A stretch of 64,000 nt of DNA, taken from NCBI RefSeq assembly GCF_009914755.1, contig NC_060925.1. One strand, given 5' to 3'. The position numbers and the translations under genes are program-made. This document shows positions 17,670 through 33,808 of the stretch, piece by piece. Source of the stretch: the human T2T-CHM13v2.0 reference genome, Homo sapiens. Numbering within the stretch: the stretch's first letter is position 1; every line of letters starts with the position of its first letter. The notes under the pieces are model-generated. The model had not been told where the DNA came from and made no database searches. It saw only the letters and a list, made by a program, of their open reading frames with translations.

Positions 17670-17972
17670 ATTAATTTATTATTTTTTTAGAGACAGGGTC
17701 TCACTCTGTTGCCCAGGCTGGAGTGCAGTGGCACAATCAGCTCATGATAACTTCAAGTTCCTGGGCTCAAGTGATCCTCCCACCTCAGCTAGGACTAGCA
17801 GCTGACTACAAGTCCATACCACCACACCCAAGTAATTAAAAAAAATTTTTTATAGAGGTGAGGTCTCACTTTTCTGTGGCCCAGGCTGGTCTTGAACTCC
17901 TGGCCTCAAGCAAGCCTCCTGCCTCAGCTTCCCAAAGTGCTGGGATTACAGGTGTGAGCCACTCTGCCCAGC
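17670..17972 (-). mobile_element. AluJ
   Basis: Reverse dimer flanked by a cagaagtat duplication. Confidence 0.9.
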
Positions 17973-18117
17973 ACAGAAGTATGTGATTTATATATTTATA
18001 TACTTTTCAAAGCCATTTGAAAAGAAGGCAGATTTAAGAAAAATGTAAGATGTAAAATTAATAGGTTTTGATAATCAGTTTGATGTGAGACTAGAGTCAG
18101 GATGACTCCAGGTTTCT

Positions 18118-18504
18118 AGCTTTCCTTCCTCCCTCCCTCCCTCAAGATGACTCTAGGTTTCCTTCCTTCCTTCCCTCCTTCCTTCCTTCCCTCCTTCCTC
18201 CCTCGCTTCCTTTCCTCCCTTCCTTCCCTCACTTCCTTTCCTCCCTTCCTTTCCTCCCTTCCTTTCCTTGATTCTTCCCTCCCTCCTGATGGCTCTAGGT
18301 TTCTAGCTTCCCTCCCCTCCCCTCCCCTCCCCATCCCTTCCCTTCCCGTCCTGTCTCATCACGTCCCTTCCAGTCCCGTCCCTTCCTCCTCTTCCTCCTC
18401 CTCCTTCTCTCCTTCTTTTATTTCCCCTCCCCTCCCCTTCCTTCCTTCTCCTTCTCCTCCTCCTTCTTCTCTTTTCTTCTCTTCTCTTCTTTTCTTTTCT
18501 TCTT
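18118..18504. repeat. About 390-bp CT-rich polypyrimidine/polypurine low-complexity tract
   Basis: (CCTT)n, (CCCCT)n, (CCT)n and (CTTTT)n blocks abutting a minus-strand Alu at about 18505-18690. Confidence 0.95.
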
Positions 18505-18966
18505 AGACATGGCCTAACTCTGTTGCCCAGGCTGGAGGGCAGTGGCATGATCACAGCTCACTGCAGCCTCAAACTCTGGGGCTCAGGTGATCCTCCTACC
18601 TCAGACTCCTGAGTGGCTGGGACTACAGGTGTGGACCACCATGCTCAGCTGACTTTTTAAAATTTTTTGTAGAGGCAGGGTCTCATATCAATGGTTAAGC
18701 TAGGCTAGTCTAGCTTAATGACTTACTGAGTTAGGAAATATCAGAAGGAAAAGAGATTTGTAGAAGACTGAGTTTTGGGGACATTGGAATGGAGTTGGTG
18801 AGAGATGTGAGCTACAGCTACAGATTCACAAGTCTTCAATGAGGTGAGAGTTGAAGGCATGTGTGTAGATGTAGTACAAGAAGAGAGGGCAAAGGATGGG
18901 ATCCTATGAAAAACTGAAGTTTAAAAGAGAAGCAGAAGAAGAGAAACCTTAATAAGTATCCAGAGA

Positions 18967-19023
18967 AAGCAGTATTAGTATATGTAAGCAGTATTAGTAT
19001 ATCTAAGCAGTATTAGAGTATGT
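18967..19023. repeat. 19-bp tandem repeat x3 (AAGCAGTATTAGTATATGT)
   Basis: Units at 18967, 18986 and 19005. Confidence 0.9.
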
Positions 19024-19579
19024 AAGTACTTTATATATTCTAATTTATTTAATCCACCCAAGTATAAGGATCTTTGTTTTGTGTACTGATATATCCCAAG
19101 CACCTAGAGCAGTGCCTTGGAACACAGGTGATCAATAAATATTAATTGTTGAATGAATGAATTCTCACAAGAATACAATTAGCTAAATACTATGATTACT
19201 CCCATTTCCCAGATGGTGAAACTTGCTTAAAGTTACACTGCTAGTAATTTGTAGACCAGGAATCCAAGTAGCCTGGAACTGGTGTATCCAGCAACCCAAA
19301 GTTCCTAAGTGTTTACAGACTGGACCAGGAAGTTGAAGTATTTACTTGAATGACCTCTATTTTCTCTGGGAAGTAACAAAAAAAGATCAACTTTAAAAAA
19401 TGGAAATTTTTGTAAAAGTAGTGAAGGTAAAGTTTACATATCTTAGGCTATAGTGGAGGATGACATAGAAAAAACATGGAAGATGGCTGGGAACAGTGGC
19501 TCACACCTGTAATCCCATCACTTTGAGAGGTGAGACCCTGTCTCAAAAAAAAAAAGAAAGCAAAAGAAAAGGCATGGAA

Positions 19580-19860
19580 GGCCGGTGCAGGGCTCATGCC
19601 TGTAATCCCAGCCCTTCGGGAGGCAGAGGCAGGAGGATCTCTTGAATCCAGGAGTTTTAGACCAGCCTGGGCACTGTGACAACATCCTGATAAATAAATA
19701 AATTAGCCAGGTGTAGTGATGCACACCTGTAGTCCCAGCTACTCAGGAGGTTGAGGCAGGAGGATCATTTGAGCCCATGAGTTTGAGGTTACAGTGAGCT
19801 ATGATTGTGCCACTGCACTCCAGCCTGAGCAACAGAGCTCAAAAAAAAAAAAAAAAAAGA
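19580..19860 (+). mobile_element. AluJ
   Basis: Dimer with poly(A). Confidence 0.9.
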
Positions 19861-20701
19861 GCATGGAAAGGCTGACTTGGGGTCTGCCTGGAATTCCCCC
19901 ATTTTTCATTCCCAGCACAAACTAAGCTCCCATGTATCTGTCAAAAACTTAATAGTGTAACAAAAGTCTAGGGTTCTTTATCAGCGTTCTAAATAGAACA
20001 TCAGGAAAAAAAACAGTTCTTGTGCCCTTGCCAAATCTAATACTTAATCCTTCAAGTTCTTTACAGAGGGTAGAAAAAGCTGGGGAAAAAGTAAGTAAAT
20101 GGTGAAAGTCAGGGAACTTTCTATTTAGTACTAAATCAGGCTGGTTTCATCACACCATGTTCACTTGACAGATTAAGTGCTTCTTTCAACAAACAATACC
20201 ACAATGTGTATGCCAACACAAAGACACCTCTATTAAGTCAACAATTTACCTTGACTGAGAAAGTCATATCAATGCTGACTATTGCACTTAGATGAGCCAG
20301 ATGATAAATAGATGGCCCAACACAACCCATTCCCAATATTATAAAGACACAAGTGCTGGGCGAGATAAGTTAATGCCTGTAATCCCAGCTCTTTGAGAAG
20401 CTGAGGCAGAAGGATCACTTGAGCCCAGGAGTTCAGGTTATAGTGAGCTGTGATTACACCACTGCACTCCAATCTGGGCAACTGAGTGAGATCCTGTCTC
20501 TAAAAAAAAATTTTTTTTAAAAAGGGGTGCCAGTGTTAAGGAAAGTATGTAAAAGAGAGGGATGAGAAAAAAGAAAGTGAGAACTGGAAAAATGTGGGGA
20601 GATGGGAAGGGCCCGGCTAGAAATACAGAGTCAACTTTTTTTTGTTTAAAAAGTCTCAATCAACTACTAAAAAATATTACTGAATGAGGTACAAAACATT
20701 A

Positions 20702-20857
<156 letters not shown>

Positions 20858-21337
20858 CTACAGATGAGAAAACAAAAAGTAAAAGCATTTATAAACAACC
20901 ATACCGGCTTATCTCTAAGTATAAATTGAATTTCAATTCCATTCTAAAAGTAGAACCATTGTCACAATAGAAATATTATATCCTTAGATTTAGATTTGTT
21001 ACATTTATGATCCTTACCCAAAATTCCTTCTGAAAGTAAAGACATTTTAACAGTGTATTCTGTATAAATACATCAGCTTATAGGTATGCTTAAGTCATTG
21101 GACTTCCTGAACTAAAACTACTAAAGAATTCTAAAGTAATAGTTAGCATCTAAAAACAATGAAAAACTTGTATAGTATGATACCCCAAAGTTTACTTATA
21201 GTAACTTATAGATGACTCTTTAGAATTAACTATTTTACATAGTACCTTAGTATAATATTATTTTAAAATCTCTTATAGAAATAAGTAGGCCCAAATGTAT
21301 TCAACTCTATATATCAAAACCTAAGTGTCTGAAAGGT

Positions 21338-21340
<3 letters not shown>

Positions 21341-21374
<34 letters not shown>
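21341..21374. repeat. (GT)17 microsatellite
   Basis: Direct count; forms the tail of the adjacent Alu. Confidence 0.97.
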
Positions 21375-21999
<625 letters not shown>

Positions 22000-22948
22000 T
22001 CAATGCTATTAATACTTAACTACATCATACTGTAAACATAAACTACAGAATTTATTTACTTATTTAATTTTAAAGCCCTGAGCTTACTTCTCTGCAGAAA
22101 TTTCTAACCTTCTTAGTATAAGAATACTGATAAGTGAAACTTTTTCATGTATGTAACAGAGTCACTTTTACTTAAAAAAAAAAATCATGTACATTAGTGG
22201 TGATTAGCTCTTAACTTTTAAAGGCTATGTTATAATAAACATCATATAGTACAGTCATGTTTTAATACATATTTATAAACTAGAATTTTTGTTTTTTTCT
22301 GATAGCAAATATAAAAGTAAAAGTTTGGTTTACTGACAAGAACAATACATTTAAATTCTTATTTTTTTACTTTAAATTTCAAACTATTACTGATTTCTGA
22401 AGGCAAAGAAAAACTGAAGATCCCTTTCCTAAAACATAAATAATCTTAAATCATTCATCTTAACTTTAGAGATCACCCTAAATCGACTAGTCTTTATAAT
22501 ATCAACATTTTATTTTTACTAACATTAATATTCAGGAAATATAAAGCCTAACTAAAATAATTAAAATTGATAACTTAAAACCAGAAGACAATAAAAGAAT
22601 TCTCTTTCCCAAACATTTCCATTTTGTTTGTCCTTGCTTTCTCCTTCAGCTCCCATAATCCTGACTCTTGGTCAACAATAAAATCAAAGGAGTGAATCAA
22701 CCTCTGTTTCATCAGACATAAAACTTAGGGACAATAAAGGAAAGTTTTGAAGTATATAGATTCACCTTAATTTAAATAAAATTGTTCATATTTGTAAAAC
22801 ATTTGAAAGAAAATTAAACTACTAGAAGGTCTTACCTTCAACAACAACACAACTCGTATTGAACTATTCATGGGTCGGGGCAGCATAAACCACCACGCTT
22901 AACATTTATTGAGTGCCTCCCATGTGCTGAGTACTTTCTTTTCAGACA

Positions 22949-23587
<639 letters not shown>

Positions 23588-24508
23588 AGACATCATCTTT
23601 ACATTTACAATTTCCCTGTGGAACATACACGTTAGCCCTCTTCAACACACGGGAAACTGATGGGAAAGGTGAAGTAATTTGTCCAAGGTCACACAGCAAA
23701 TAAGTGGAGCAATCGAGCTCTGAAGCTAAATAAATTTGATGTCAAAGACCCTAGAAATAGGAGAAATAATCCCTAATTTCAAAGAGTTTACAACGTATGT
23801 GAGAAAATAAACACACATACAAACACACTCAAGCATGGACATGCATGCTCTAACTTTTTGTAATAAGAGGCATAGGCTTCTTTAATATAGTCCATAGGTT
23901 TACGAAAAAAAAAAAAAAAGAGACATAGGCAGTACGTGATAAAGGAGTTTAAGCAGGCCGGGCACAGTGGTTCATAGCTGTAATCTCATTGCACTCCAGC
24001 CTAGGCAACAAGAGCAAAATTCTATCTCAAAAAAAAAAAAAAAAAAAAAAGGAGTTTAAGTAGAGGGGTCTGGTGGGCTTTTTTTCACGTTAGTGTGACC
24101 TGGGAAGGCTTCTTGGAGGAAGATTTAAGCTGCACTGTGCATAATAAGCATACATAATAAAAGAGCAGAAGGGCACTTTTAAGGCAGAGGAAACAGCATA
24201 AATAAACTACAGCAGAAATTGACTTAGCATATCTGCTGGGACATTGAGCGGCTTGATTTGGCTTGACCAAAGGTATAAAAGAGAGCAATGGAAACAGCTC
24301 AAGGAGGAAATGGTTGATGACTATAATGTCAGTATAAGGAGTTTGAACTCATACATTATGGGTTATTGAAGAAAAAGGATTAGGAAATTAGTAGTGGTTT
24401 ATTGAATAGATTATAACAGATAAAATCTGGAGAGAAAGGGAGAAGTCAAGAAACTATTACATACCAAAATTATCAAAAAAGGATTTTTTTAAAAAAAGAA
24501 CTATTACC

Positions 24509-24847
24509 GTATTCCTCTCTTATCTCCTTATGTGCAGTGGACACGTTCAAGATCCCCCGGTGGGTGCCTAAAACCATGGACAGTACTGAATCCTACATAT
24601 TCTACATATACCGTGTTTTTCCTATATATACATACCTATGATAAAGTTTAATTTATAAATCAGACACAGTAAGACAGTAATAATAATAACTGATAATAAA
24701 ATAGAAAAATTATAATAATATACTGTAATAAAGGTTTTGTGAATGTGGTCTCTCTCTCAAAATATCTTACTGTACTGTGCTCACCTATTTTCAGACTACA
24801 GTAGATCATGGCTAACTGAGACCACAGATAAGAAGGGGAGAGTACTG
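24509..24847. mobile_element. MER44-type (Tigger7) DNA transposon
   Basis: caagatcccccggtgggtgcctaaaacc motif; end cagataagaagggg..tactgta. Confidence 0.7.
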
Positions 24848-25106
24848 TATAGTATTTGAGACACAAAGCAACAGGCTCCTGACTGAGGTAATTAATAGTA
24901 GAAAAAGAAAAAAAGCAACAAAAGTACCATAGGCAGTATATGATTAATATAATAGTAATTGAATGGCTCTGAGGAGAAGGCTAAAAACACTGTGAAGTTG
25001 CTGAATAGATGGATTAACAGGCAACAGGAAAGAGGAGAAGAAATAATTTTTCAAGCTAGAATTCTAAATTTTTTTTCTAGAAACAGACTATTAGACTAGT
25101 AAATTA

Positions 25107-25313
25107 TATTTTTTAATTTTCTTCAAAGACAGGGTTGGCTGGGTGCAGTGGCTCACACCTGTAATCCCATCTCAAATAATAATAATAATAATAAAATAAA
25201 GACAGGGTCTCACTTTTTTGCCCAGGATGGTCTTAAACTCCTGGGCTGAAGCAATCCTCCTGTCTCAGTCTCCCAGAATGCTAGGATTACAGGTGTGAGC
25301 CACCACACCCAGC
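25107..25313 (-). mobile_element. FLAM containing a nested collapsed plus-strand Alu (25137-25197)
   Basis: Outer TSD tagactagtaaatta (25092, 25314); inner TSD aaagacagggt (25125, 25198). Confidence 0.88.
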
Positions 25314-25635
25314 TAGACTAGTAAATTAAGCATAAGGCTTTAAACCTCCAATTTTAAAAAGGCATGCTTATGGAATTATCAGTTTTATATATTTTATATT
25401 TGAAGCAATTCTAAATTCATCTATGAACAATACTAAAGACACCTAGTTCTATGGGGACCATCTGTACCAATTTGCCTGAGGTGACACCCAATTCACCTCT
25501 AGTGATTCAAGGCAATTATTAATAACACCATTTTCATTCTCAAATACATCCTGGTTGAACAACTATACGTGTAGTCTAAGTCTTAATGCAATTATTTGAC
25601 TAAAATAGGTCTTTCCTTGATTTTAAAAATAATTC

Positions 25636-26250
<615 letters not shown>

Positions 26251-26634
26251 TCAATATCACAACCAGGACAGAAGAACATAAAGGGAAATGAAACTGTTCA
26301 CCAAAGTAGCGTATTAAGGAAATATTTAATAATAATTCAATAGGCAGCTGTTGAGCACTCCTAAAGTCAGACATTGTACTGGACTTGGAAATGCAAAGCT
26401 AAATAAGATGCAATATATAGTTCCTGAATTCAAATTGCTTACACTTTACTACAGGAAGACAGACACAACAGAAAAATTCCAAATGGCATGATTAATCAAG
26501 AGTCAAATGCATTATGTCCTAGGGAAATGTAAAACACAACATTATAAGGCTATTTTAATAATTTACTACGGGGGTAAGAACTGTTTTTGCTTACAACTTT
26601 TTACAAGAGTTTACAAACCTGACTTTTTTTTTTA

Positions 26635-27300
26635 CTGAGTCATTTAAAAAATATTTATGCACACCTACAATGTGCCAGGCACTTGGGATTATACAGAGAA
26701 CAAAACAGATGCAATTTCTTCCCTTATAGAATGCACAGTACAGTGAAAGGTAAAGACAAGTAAACCGGTGATTATAACACGTGCTATAATGAAGGAAATA
26801 GAGTGTGTTAAGGGAACCTAGCTGGAGAAAGTTATGTTGAAGTAAGACCTGACGGATGAGTAGGTGTAACCCCGGGGATGAGGTATGTTGCAGATAAGGC
26901 CACAGTGGAGTAAGGCAAGAGTCTTTAAAGCAGAGGAAATACATGTGCAAAGGTCTGGAGTTGAGAGAGAAAGCACAGTGTGTGTGCAAATAACTCAAGT
27001 TGTTCAACAGACTTCTAGTGTAGTTTAGTGTGGAATAAGGGTGGGGAAGTGTCAGAGTTGGGGTTGGGATGGGTAGGTTTTGGTAAGGAATGAGATCTAA
27101 GAGACTGGAAAGGTCCAGATCATAAATTGCCTCATAGTCATTTGAATTTTGGACATTTTGCTGAAGGCAGTTTTAAACAAGAAAATGATATTATCAAATG
27201 TCTCTTACTTTATAAGATCACTCTGGCTACACTATGGAGAATGGGTTGGAAAAACTACAAGACCACTGGAGGCATATAATCCAGTTAAGAAGGGCCAAGA
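26635..27300 (+). mobile_element. L2 fragment(s)
   Basis: atttatgcacacctacaatgtgccaggcac and agatcactctggct L2 motifs; strand as read. Confidence 0.65.
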
Positions 27301-27371
27301 CACCTCCAGTTGAGGGCAGGGTGGAAAAATCATGACTAGATTTCTTCAGAGAGAATTACAGGCTCAAATCA

Positions 27372-28183
<812 letters not shown>

Positions 28184-29399
28184 TCAACATAAAATAAGAA
28201 GTCGTAGCAGCCCTCTTGTATACAGTAGGAAAAGGACAAATGAACTACTAGGGAAATGACGACATTGATAATCATAAGCCACTTAATGCGAGCTGACATC
28301 TAATTGGGGATGCTCTGTATGCATGGATACTTAATTTCCTATTTATTGGTTGGGTTTTTAATTGCAGCTGGAAAACATCACATACATATGAAACTGGAGA
28401 TTTCCAGGACAGTAGGATATATGGGTTTGGAGTAGACCTGGTTGGAAGACTGGGGAACTTTAGGACTCATCAGCATAGATGGTAACTAAAGCCAAAGAGT
28501 GGATGGGATAACCCAGAAAGTGGGAAAAGTGCAGAGGGCCAAAGTCAGAGCCCTTTAGAAAAAGCAATATTTAAAAGGCGGGAAGGGAAACAGGATATTG
28601 GGATGAAGTGGCCAAAGATGAAGAAAGAATAATATTGGGAAACTGGTGTCACAGAAAACAAGAATGGAAAGCTCTAGAAAGAAGAGAGACCAATATGTGT
28701 TAAGTGTTGCTGAGAAGAGCTCTCTTCTCCTGGTTATCTCTTACTTATCCTTCTTACATCTCAAGTCATACAGTATCCTCTGGGAACTCCTCTGACCCCC
28801 AAGTCCACCATAGGTGTCCACTCCTGTGTGTTCCTGTAGTTCTAGGCACTTGTCCCATCACAGTACCTCTCATGCTGGGTTGTAATTTCTATCTGTCTCC
28901 CTCTCCTTTGTCCTCCACCACAAGGTTGTAATCTCTTGAGAAGGAAGATATGATGTCTATTTCATATTTGTATCTCCAGTGCCTAACACAGCACTGGTAC
29001 ATAGCAGGCTCTTGAAAGTTTTTGTAAGATCGGGGTCACCAAGGCAGGAGCATCTAGGGAAAGGGAGAAGAGGCAGGAAGAAGAAACACTAAGCAAATAG
29101 GGGTAACAAGTATCATTACCGGTATGTGTCAGTGCTTGGTGCTAAGACTGGGAGAAAGAGAAGGAAGTGCAGGGGAGATGGTGATGGGTCACAGCCTTGG
29201 TGACAAAAGGGTAGGAATGATATGTGGTGCGGACATAGAAGTACAAGGCAAAAGAGTGACGCCGAGCTGCTCAGTTCTTCGGAAGCAGGGACCCCTGCTG
29301 ATATTCTATAACTTGAACGGCCTCTTCCTCTACACACTGTAGATTCCTTGAGGGTAGGGGTCGTGTTACCAGTGTTTGGCATACTGTGGGTACGCAATA

Positions 29400-30010
29400 A
29401 ATGCTAAACGAATATATCTCTGGATCCACAGCGCCTATCACAATGCCTGGGCACCTGGAAGGCGCTCAATAAAACGCTAGCTGGGCCTCGGGGTACAGAT
29501 GGAGCAGGACGGCTGAGTCGCTGCAGAAGCGCTTCCAGGTAAGGGGAGGGAGTGGGTTTCCACTCCAGACTGGTCGACTCGCTCCGTTCTCTGCCCTTTA
29601 TTTTGCATGCATCCCTTCACCTCTCCATCACGCGTGCCCTGGACGCCTGGCACCGGAGGAGAAAGTAAAACACCACTCCTGGATGACTCCGGACAAATCA
29701 CTCCTTCCCGGCCTCAGATCTGCCCAAACGTGCTTACCAGCTTCCCCGCATTCCTGCTCCAGGTTCTCAGCATACGGACTGCAGCCATCTTACCCCGGAA
29801 ATGACAACAGTGCCGCAAACTGGAGAGACTCTCCTCGGCGCGGCCTATCAGGAGATGGGAAACGCACCTCCCCCTGGGCGACCAATAGGGAGGGAAGAAA
29901 CGAGCCTCCCACCCAACAGCCAACCAAGGAGTAGGGCGGAGCCTGAGCTAAACCCTAGGATCTGGGACCCAGCGGGGAGTGAAAAGAGCCTGGGGGACGG
30001 AGGCGGGGCA
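29400..30010 (-). promoter_or_regulatory. DBT: DBT CpG-rich TATA-less promoter
   Basis: Raised CpG density; YY1-like AAGATGGC over the ATG; ETS site CCGGAAAT 29795-29802; CCAAT 29882-29886; GC boxes at about 29934-29941 and 30000-30009. Confidence 0.85.
29738..29788 (-). CDS. DBT: DBT coding exon 1 (start of mitochondrial transit peptide, MAAVRMLRTWSRNAGKL)
   Basis: ATG at 29788; 51 nt; donor CTG|GTAAGC; translation matches the N-terminus of human dihydrolipoamide branched-chain transacylase E2; lies in a CpG-rich region. Confidence 0.97.
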
Positions 30011-31539
30011 GAGGGCAGCCCAAATTTAACACTGCTGTGTAAATACAGATGCACCAAAGATAATCTTTTTAGTGTATGTGATGGGGAAAATAGAGAGTGT
30101 TAAGGAAACACAAAGAAAGGTACTTACCTCAAGAAAGTTATGTTGCAGTAGGACCTGAGGGATGAGTTGGAAAACATTTCCCCGTCTTCATCTTGTAGTG
30201 TAACCGCCCCAAATACAGAAAATAGAATATTTCTATACGTTGTAGCAAGGCTCTGGACAACTAGTTGTTTCACAAGTCCATACAGCAGTACTTCCCAATG
30301 ACTGCCTTTTTTACTCCCATTTATGTTTTTGATTACCAAAATTGGCTAATCAATTTTTTTCATGAAAGATGAACATTACCTAATGTCTAAAATAAACATG
30401 TTATCATCTTTCTTTTTACAGACTGCTATCAGATGCAGCTAACTAGCATATGCAATACATGTCACAGACACATGATCTTGATTTAGTTGTCTCTTAAAGA
30501 AATGTCAAATTCAGGTCAAGTGGAACTGGTAAAGAACAGATCAGAGCTTTCTTTTAAAAGGCAATCTTCCTCAGAGCAGCTAGGAAACCAATTCCTGGAA
30601 ATGTCCAGGATGACATTAGTCTGTTATTGCTTCTTACGTGGGAATGAAAATCTGCACAGATGTCTAAGGAATTACAGAGAAAAAAAACTGGAACAAATAC
30701 ATTTTAAATGCTCAACATTGAAGATTAGTGGTTATGAAACAAAATCTCAGGTATTTCACAACTTCATTGTTTAATATGACCCAAACACTTTTCCCCCTCA
30801 TTTGCCATTTTATGTATTACACATCTACACACAAAAAATCAATGCAAACAATAAATCTTATTATCTTTTTTGTTTGTTTGTTTGTTTGTTTGGTAGAGAT
30901 AGGGTCTCTTGGGCCAGGCGTGGTGGCTCCTGCCCATAATTCCAGCACTTTGGGAGGCTGAGGCAGGCAAATGGCTTGAGCTCAGAAGTTCAAGATGGGA
31001 TCTCTCTATGTTGCCCAGGCTGGTCTCAAAGTCCTGGTCTCAAACTGCGATCTTCCCATTTCAGCCTCCCAAAGTCCTAGGATTACAGGCATGAGCCACT
31101 GGGTCCGGCCTAAATAGCTATCTTTCTCAGAAAATCTAGAGTAGTCAAAAGAATTTCAAGTTTTTACATTTCCTTAAAAATGTTTATAGACATTATTAAT
31201 ATATTTGATAATCCCACAAGCATGTGTTTGTATAAAAAGCAGTGGCAGTTGTACCTTTGAAGTGAATCATCTCCCTTCCAAGCTGCTGCTATACAACTTT
31301 CTTTGTCCTAATTTCGTTTTTAACTGTACCTGCTCCTCAGAAGATAACTAGTTTATTTTCCTTTACCGTCTTCTTATGTCAATGGATTCTTGCTTCTATA
31401 TTCAGTATAATATGTGTCCTTATCTTTCATTCCAGCATCTGGAAAGAAATACACCATCTATTCCCTAGTTAATTCTTTTATTCGAGTTTGAAAGAAACAA
31501 AGACCCCATTTCTTCTCTTTTTTTAGATTTAAAAATGGC

Positions 31540-32160
31540 CAGTTATGACCCACCAATTCCACTCCTGGATAGCTACATAAGAGAAATGACAACAGTGTTC
31601 ACACAAAGACTTGAATAGGAATAATCATAACAGCATAACAGCCAAAATCTAGAAACAGCCCAGATGTCCATTAACAGGTGAATAAACAAAATGTGGTACA
31701 TCCATATTCTGAAATATTATTCATCCTTAAAAATGACTGAATTAGCGATAATTGCTATGACATGGATGAATGTCAAAAAAATATTATGCTAAGTAAAAGA
31801 ATACAAGCACAAAAGATCACATATTACATGATTCCATTTAAATTAAATGTCCAGAAAATGTTTATTTATAGAGATGAAAAACAGATTAGTTTTAGTTATA
31901 TTAGTTATATAATAAGATTATATTAGTATTATTAATTAATAAGGTTAGCATTAGAAAACAAATTCGCCTGGGGCTAGAGGTGGAAGGGGCAGTGATTGCA
32001 GAGGCAAGAGAGATTTTTTTTGTGGTGATGAAAATTTTCTGTTGCCACTTTGTGGCAATGATTGCATAATTCTGTACATTTACTAAAAATCTTTGAATTA
32101 TACACTTAAGACAGGTGAATTTTATGGTATGTAAAGTACACCATAATAAAGCTGTTAAAA
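31540..32160 (+). mobile_element. L1MB-like 3' end
   Basis: caattccactcctgg, cagatgtccattaacaggtgaat and aataaagctgttaaaa L1M motifs. Confidence 0.75.
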
Positions 32161-32211
32161 CTGTGTTATATGAGAGAATAATGAACATATGAATAAAAAC
32201 AAATACATAAG

Positions 32212-32547
<336 letters not shown>

Positions 32548-33529
32548 CTATCACTCAACTTTAAGAAATAGAACCTATGGAAAAACACATTATGTAGGTT
32601 GTCTAAAAATAAAATACATTTTAAACTAAAAAAAAAAGAAATAGAATCTTTCCCGTTAGTGAAGATCACTGTCTGCTCCTTCCTTTACCTCTCCCCTTCA
32701 TAAGCGTTATCTTGAATTGTGTTTTTCATTCCTTTATTTTAGAATTGACCACATATACATATATGGATGGATGCCTAGTAACATATTATTTACTTTTGCT
32801 TGTTTTTGAGTCTCATAAAAATGGTATTAAACTGTATGTATCTTTCTGCAACTAGTTTTTCTGACATGATTTATTTATCCATTCTCTACTGAGTGGATAT
32901 TTGTGCTATTTCTAGTTATTTGCTATTACCGTCAGTGCTGTTATGAACATTCTTGATCATTTCTCCTGGTGCATGTTCTAGGGTTTCTTTAGCACAGCGC
33001 TTCTCAGACATTAATGAGCATTCATAGCAACCGGGGATCTTGTTAACAAGCAGATTCTAATTCAGTAAATGTGGGTAAACCTGCCATTCTGCATTTCTAA
33101 CAAGCTCCAGGTGATACAAATGCTATTGGTTAGCCAACTACACTTTGATTAGTAGGCTTAGGATAAATACCTAAAAGTTGAATTGTTGAAACAGGGGTTA
33201 TGTTTATCTTCAAGTTTACTCTAGATAATACGAGATTGTTTTCCAATGTGATTGTACAAACTACATGCCTAGCTGCTGTATGTTTATTGTTTCTCATTTG
33301 ATATTGTCAGATTTAAAATTTTCCCCCAATTTAGTAATTATAAAATGATGTTATAATCTTAATTTGAATTTCCCTGATTATTAATAAAGTTGAGCATGTT
33401 TCTACATGTTTATTAGCCATTCTTAGAGTGCTTGCTCAATTGTTGATATTTCTAAGATGGTTGTCTATGTTACTTTCTATAAATGTGGGACAAAATAAGA
33501 TGAAACAATTTATCCTTAAGAAAATGACT

Positions 33530-33808
33530 GTGGGACAGGTATGGTGGCTCTGTAATCCCAGCACTTTGGAAGGCCAAGGCGGGAGGATCGCGTGAGCTCA
33601 GGAGTTTGTGACCAGCTTGGGCAACATGGCAAAACCCCATCTCTACAAAAAATTAGCTGGGGGTAGTGGCGTGTGCCTGTAGTCCTACAGACTGAGGCGA
33701 GAGGATCACTTGAGCTCTGGAGCTCGAGGCTGCAGTAAGTTGTGATTGCATCACTGCACTCCAGCCTAGACAACAGGGCAAGGCCCTGCCTAAAAGAAAA
33801 AAAAAATA
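33530..33808 (+). mobile_element. AluJ
   Basis: Degenerate dimer. Confidence 0.88.

Noticed and set aside
18116-18554. Pro/Ser-rich and Arg/Glu/Gly-rich ORFs on both strands
   Set aside because: Artefacts of the CT-rich low-complexity tract, which lacks stop codons.
29116-30103. Cluster of ORFs around the DBT promoter
   Set aside because: GC-rich island; only 29738-29788 is supported as coding.
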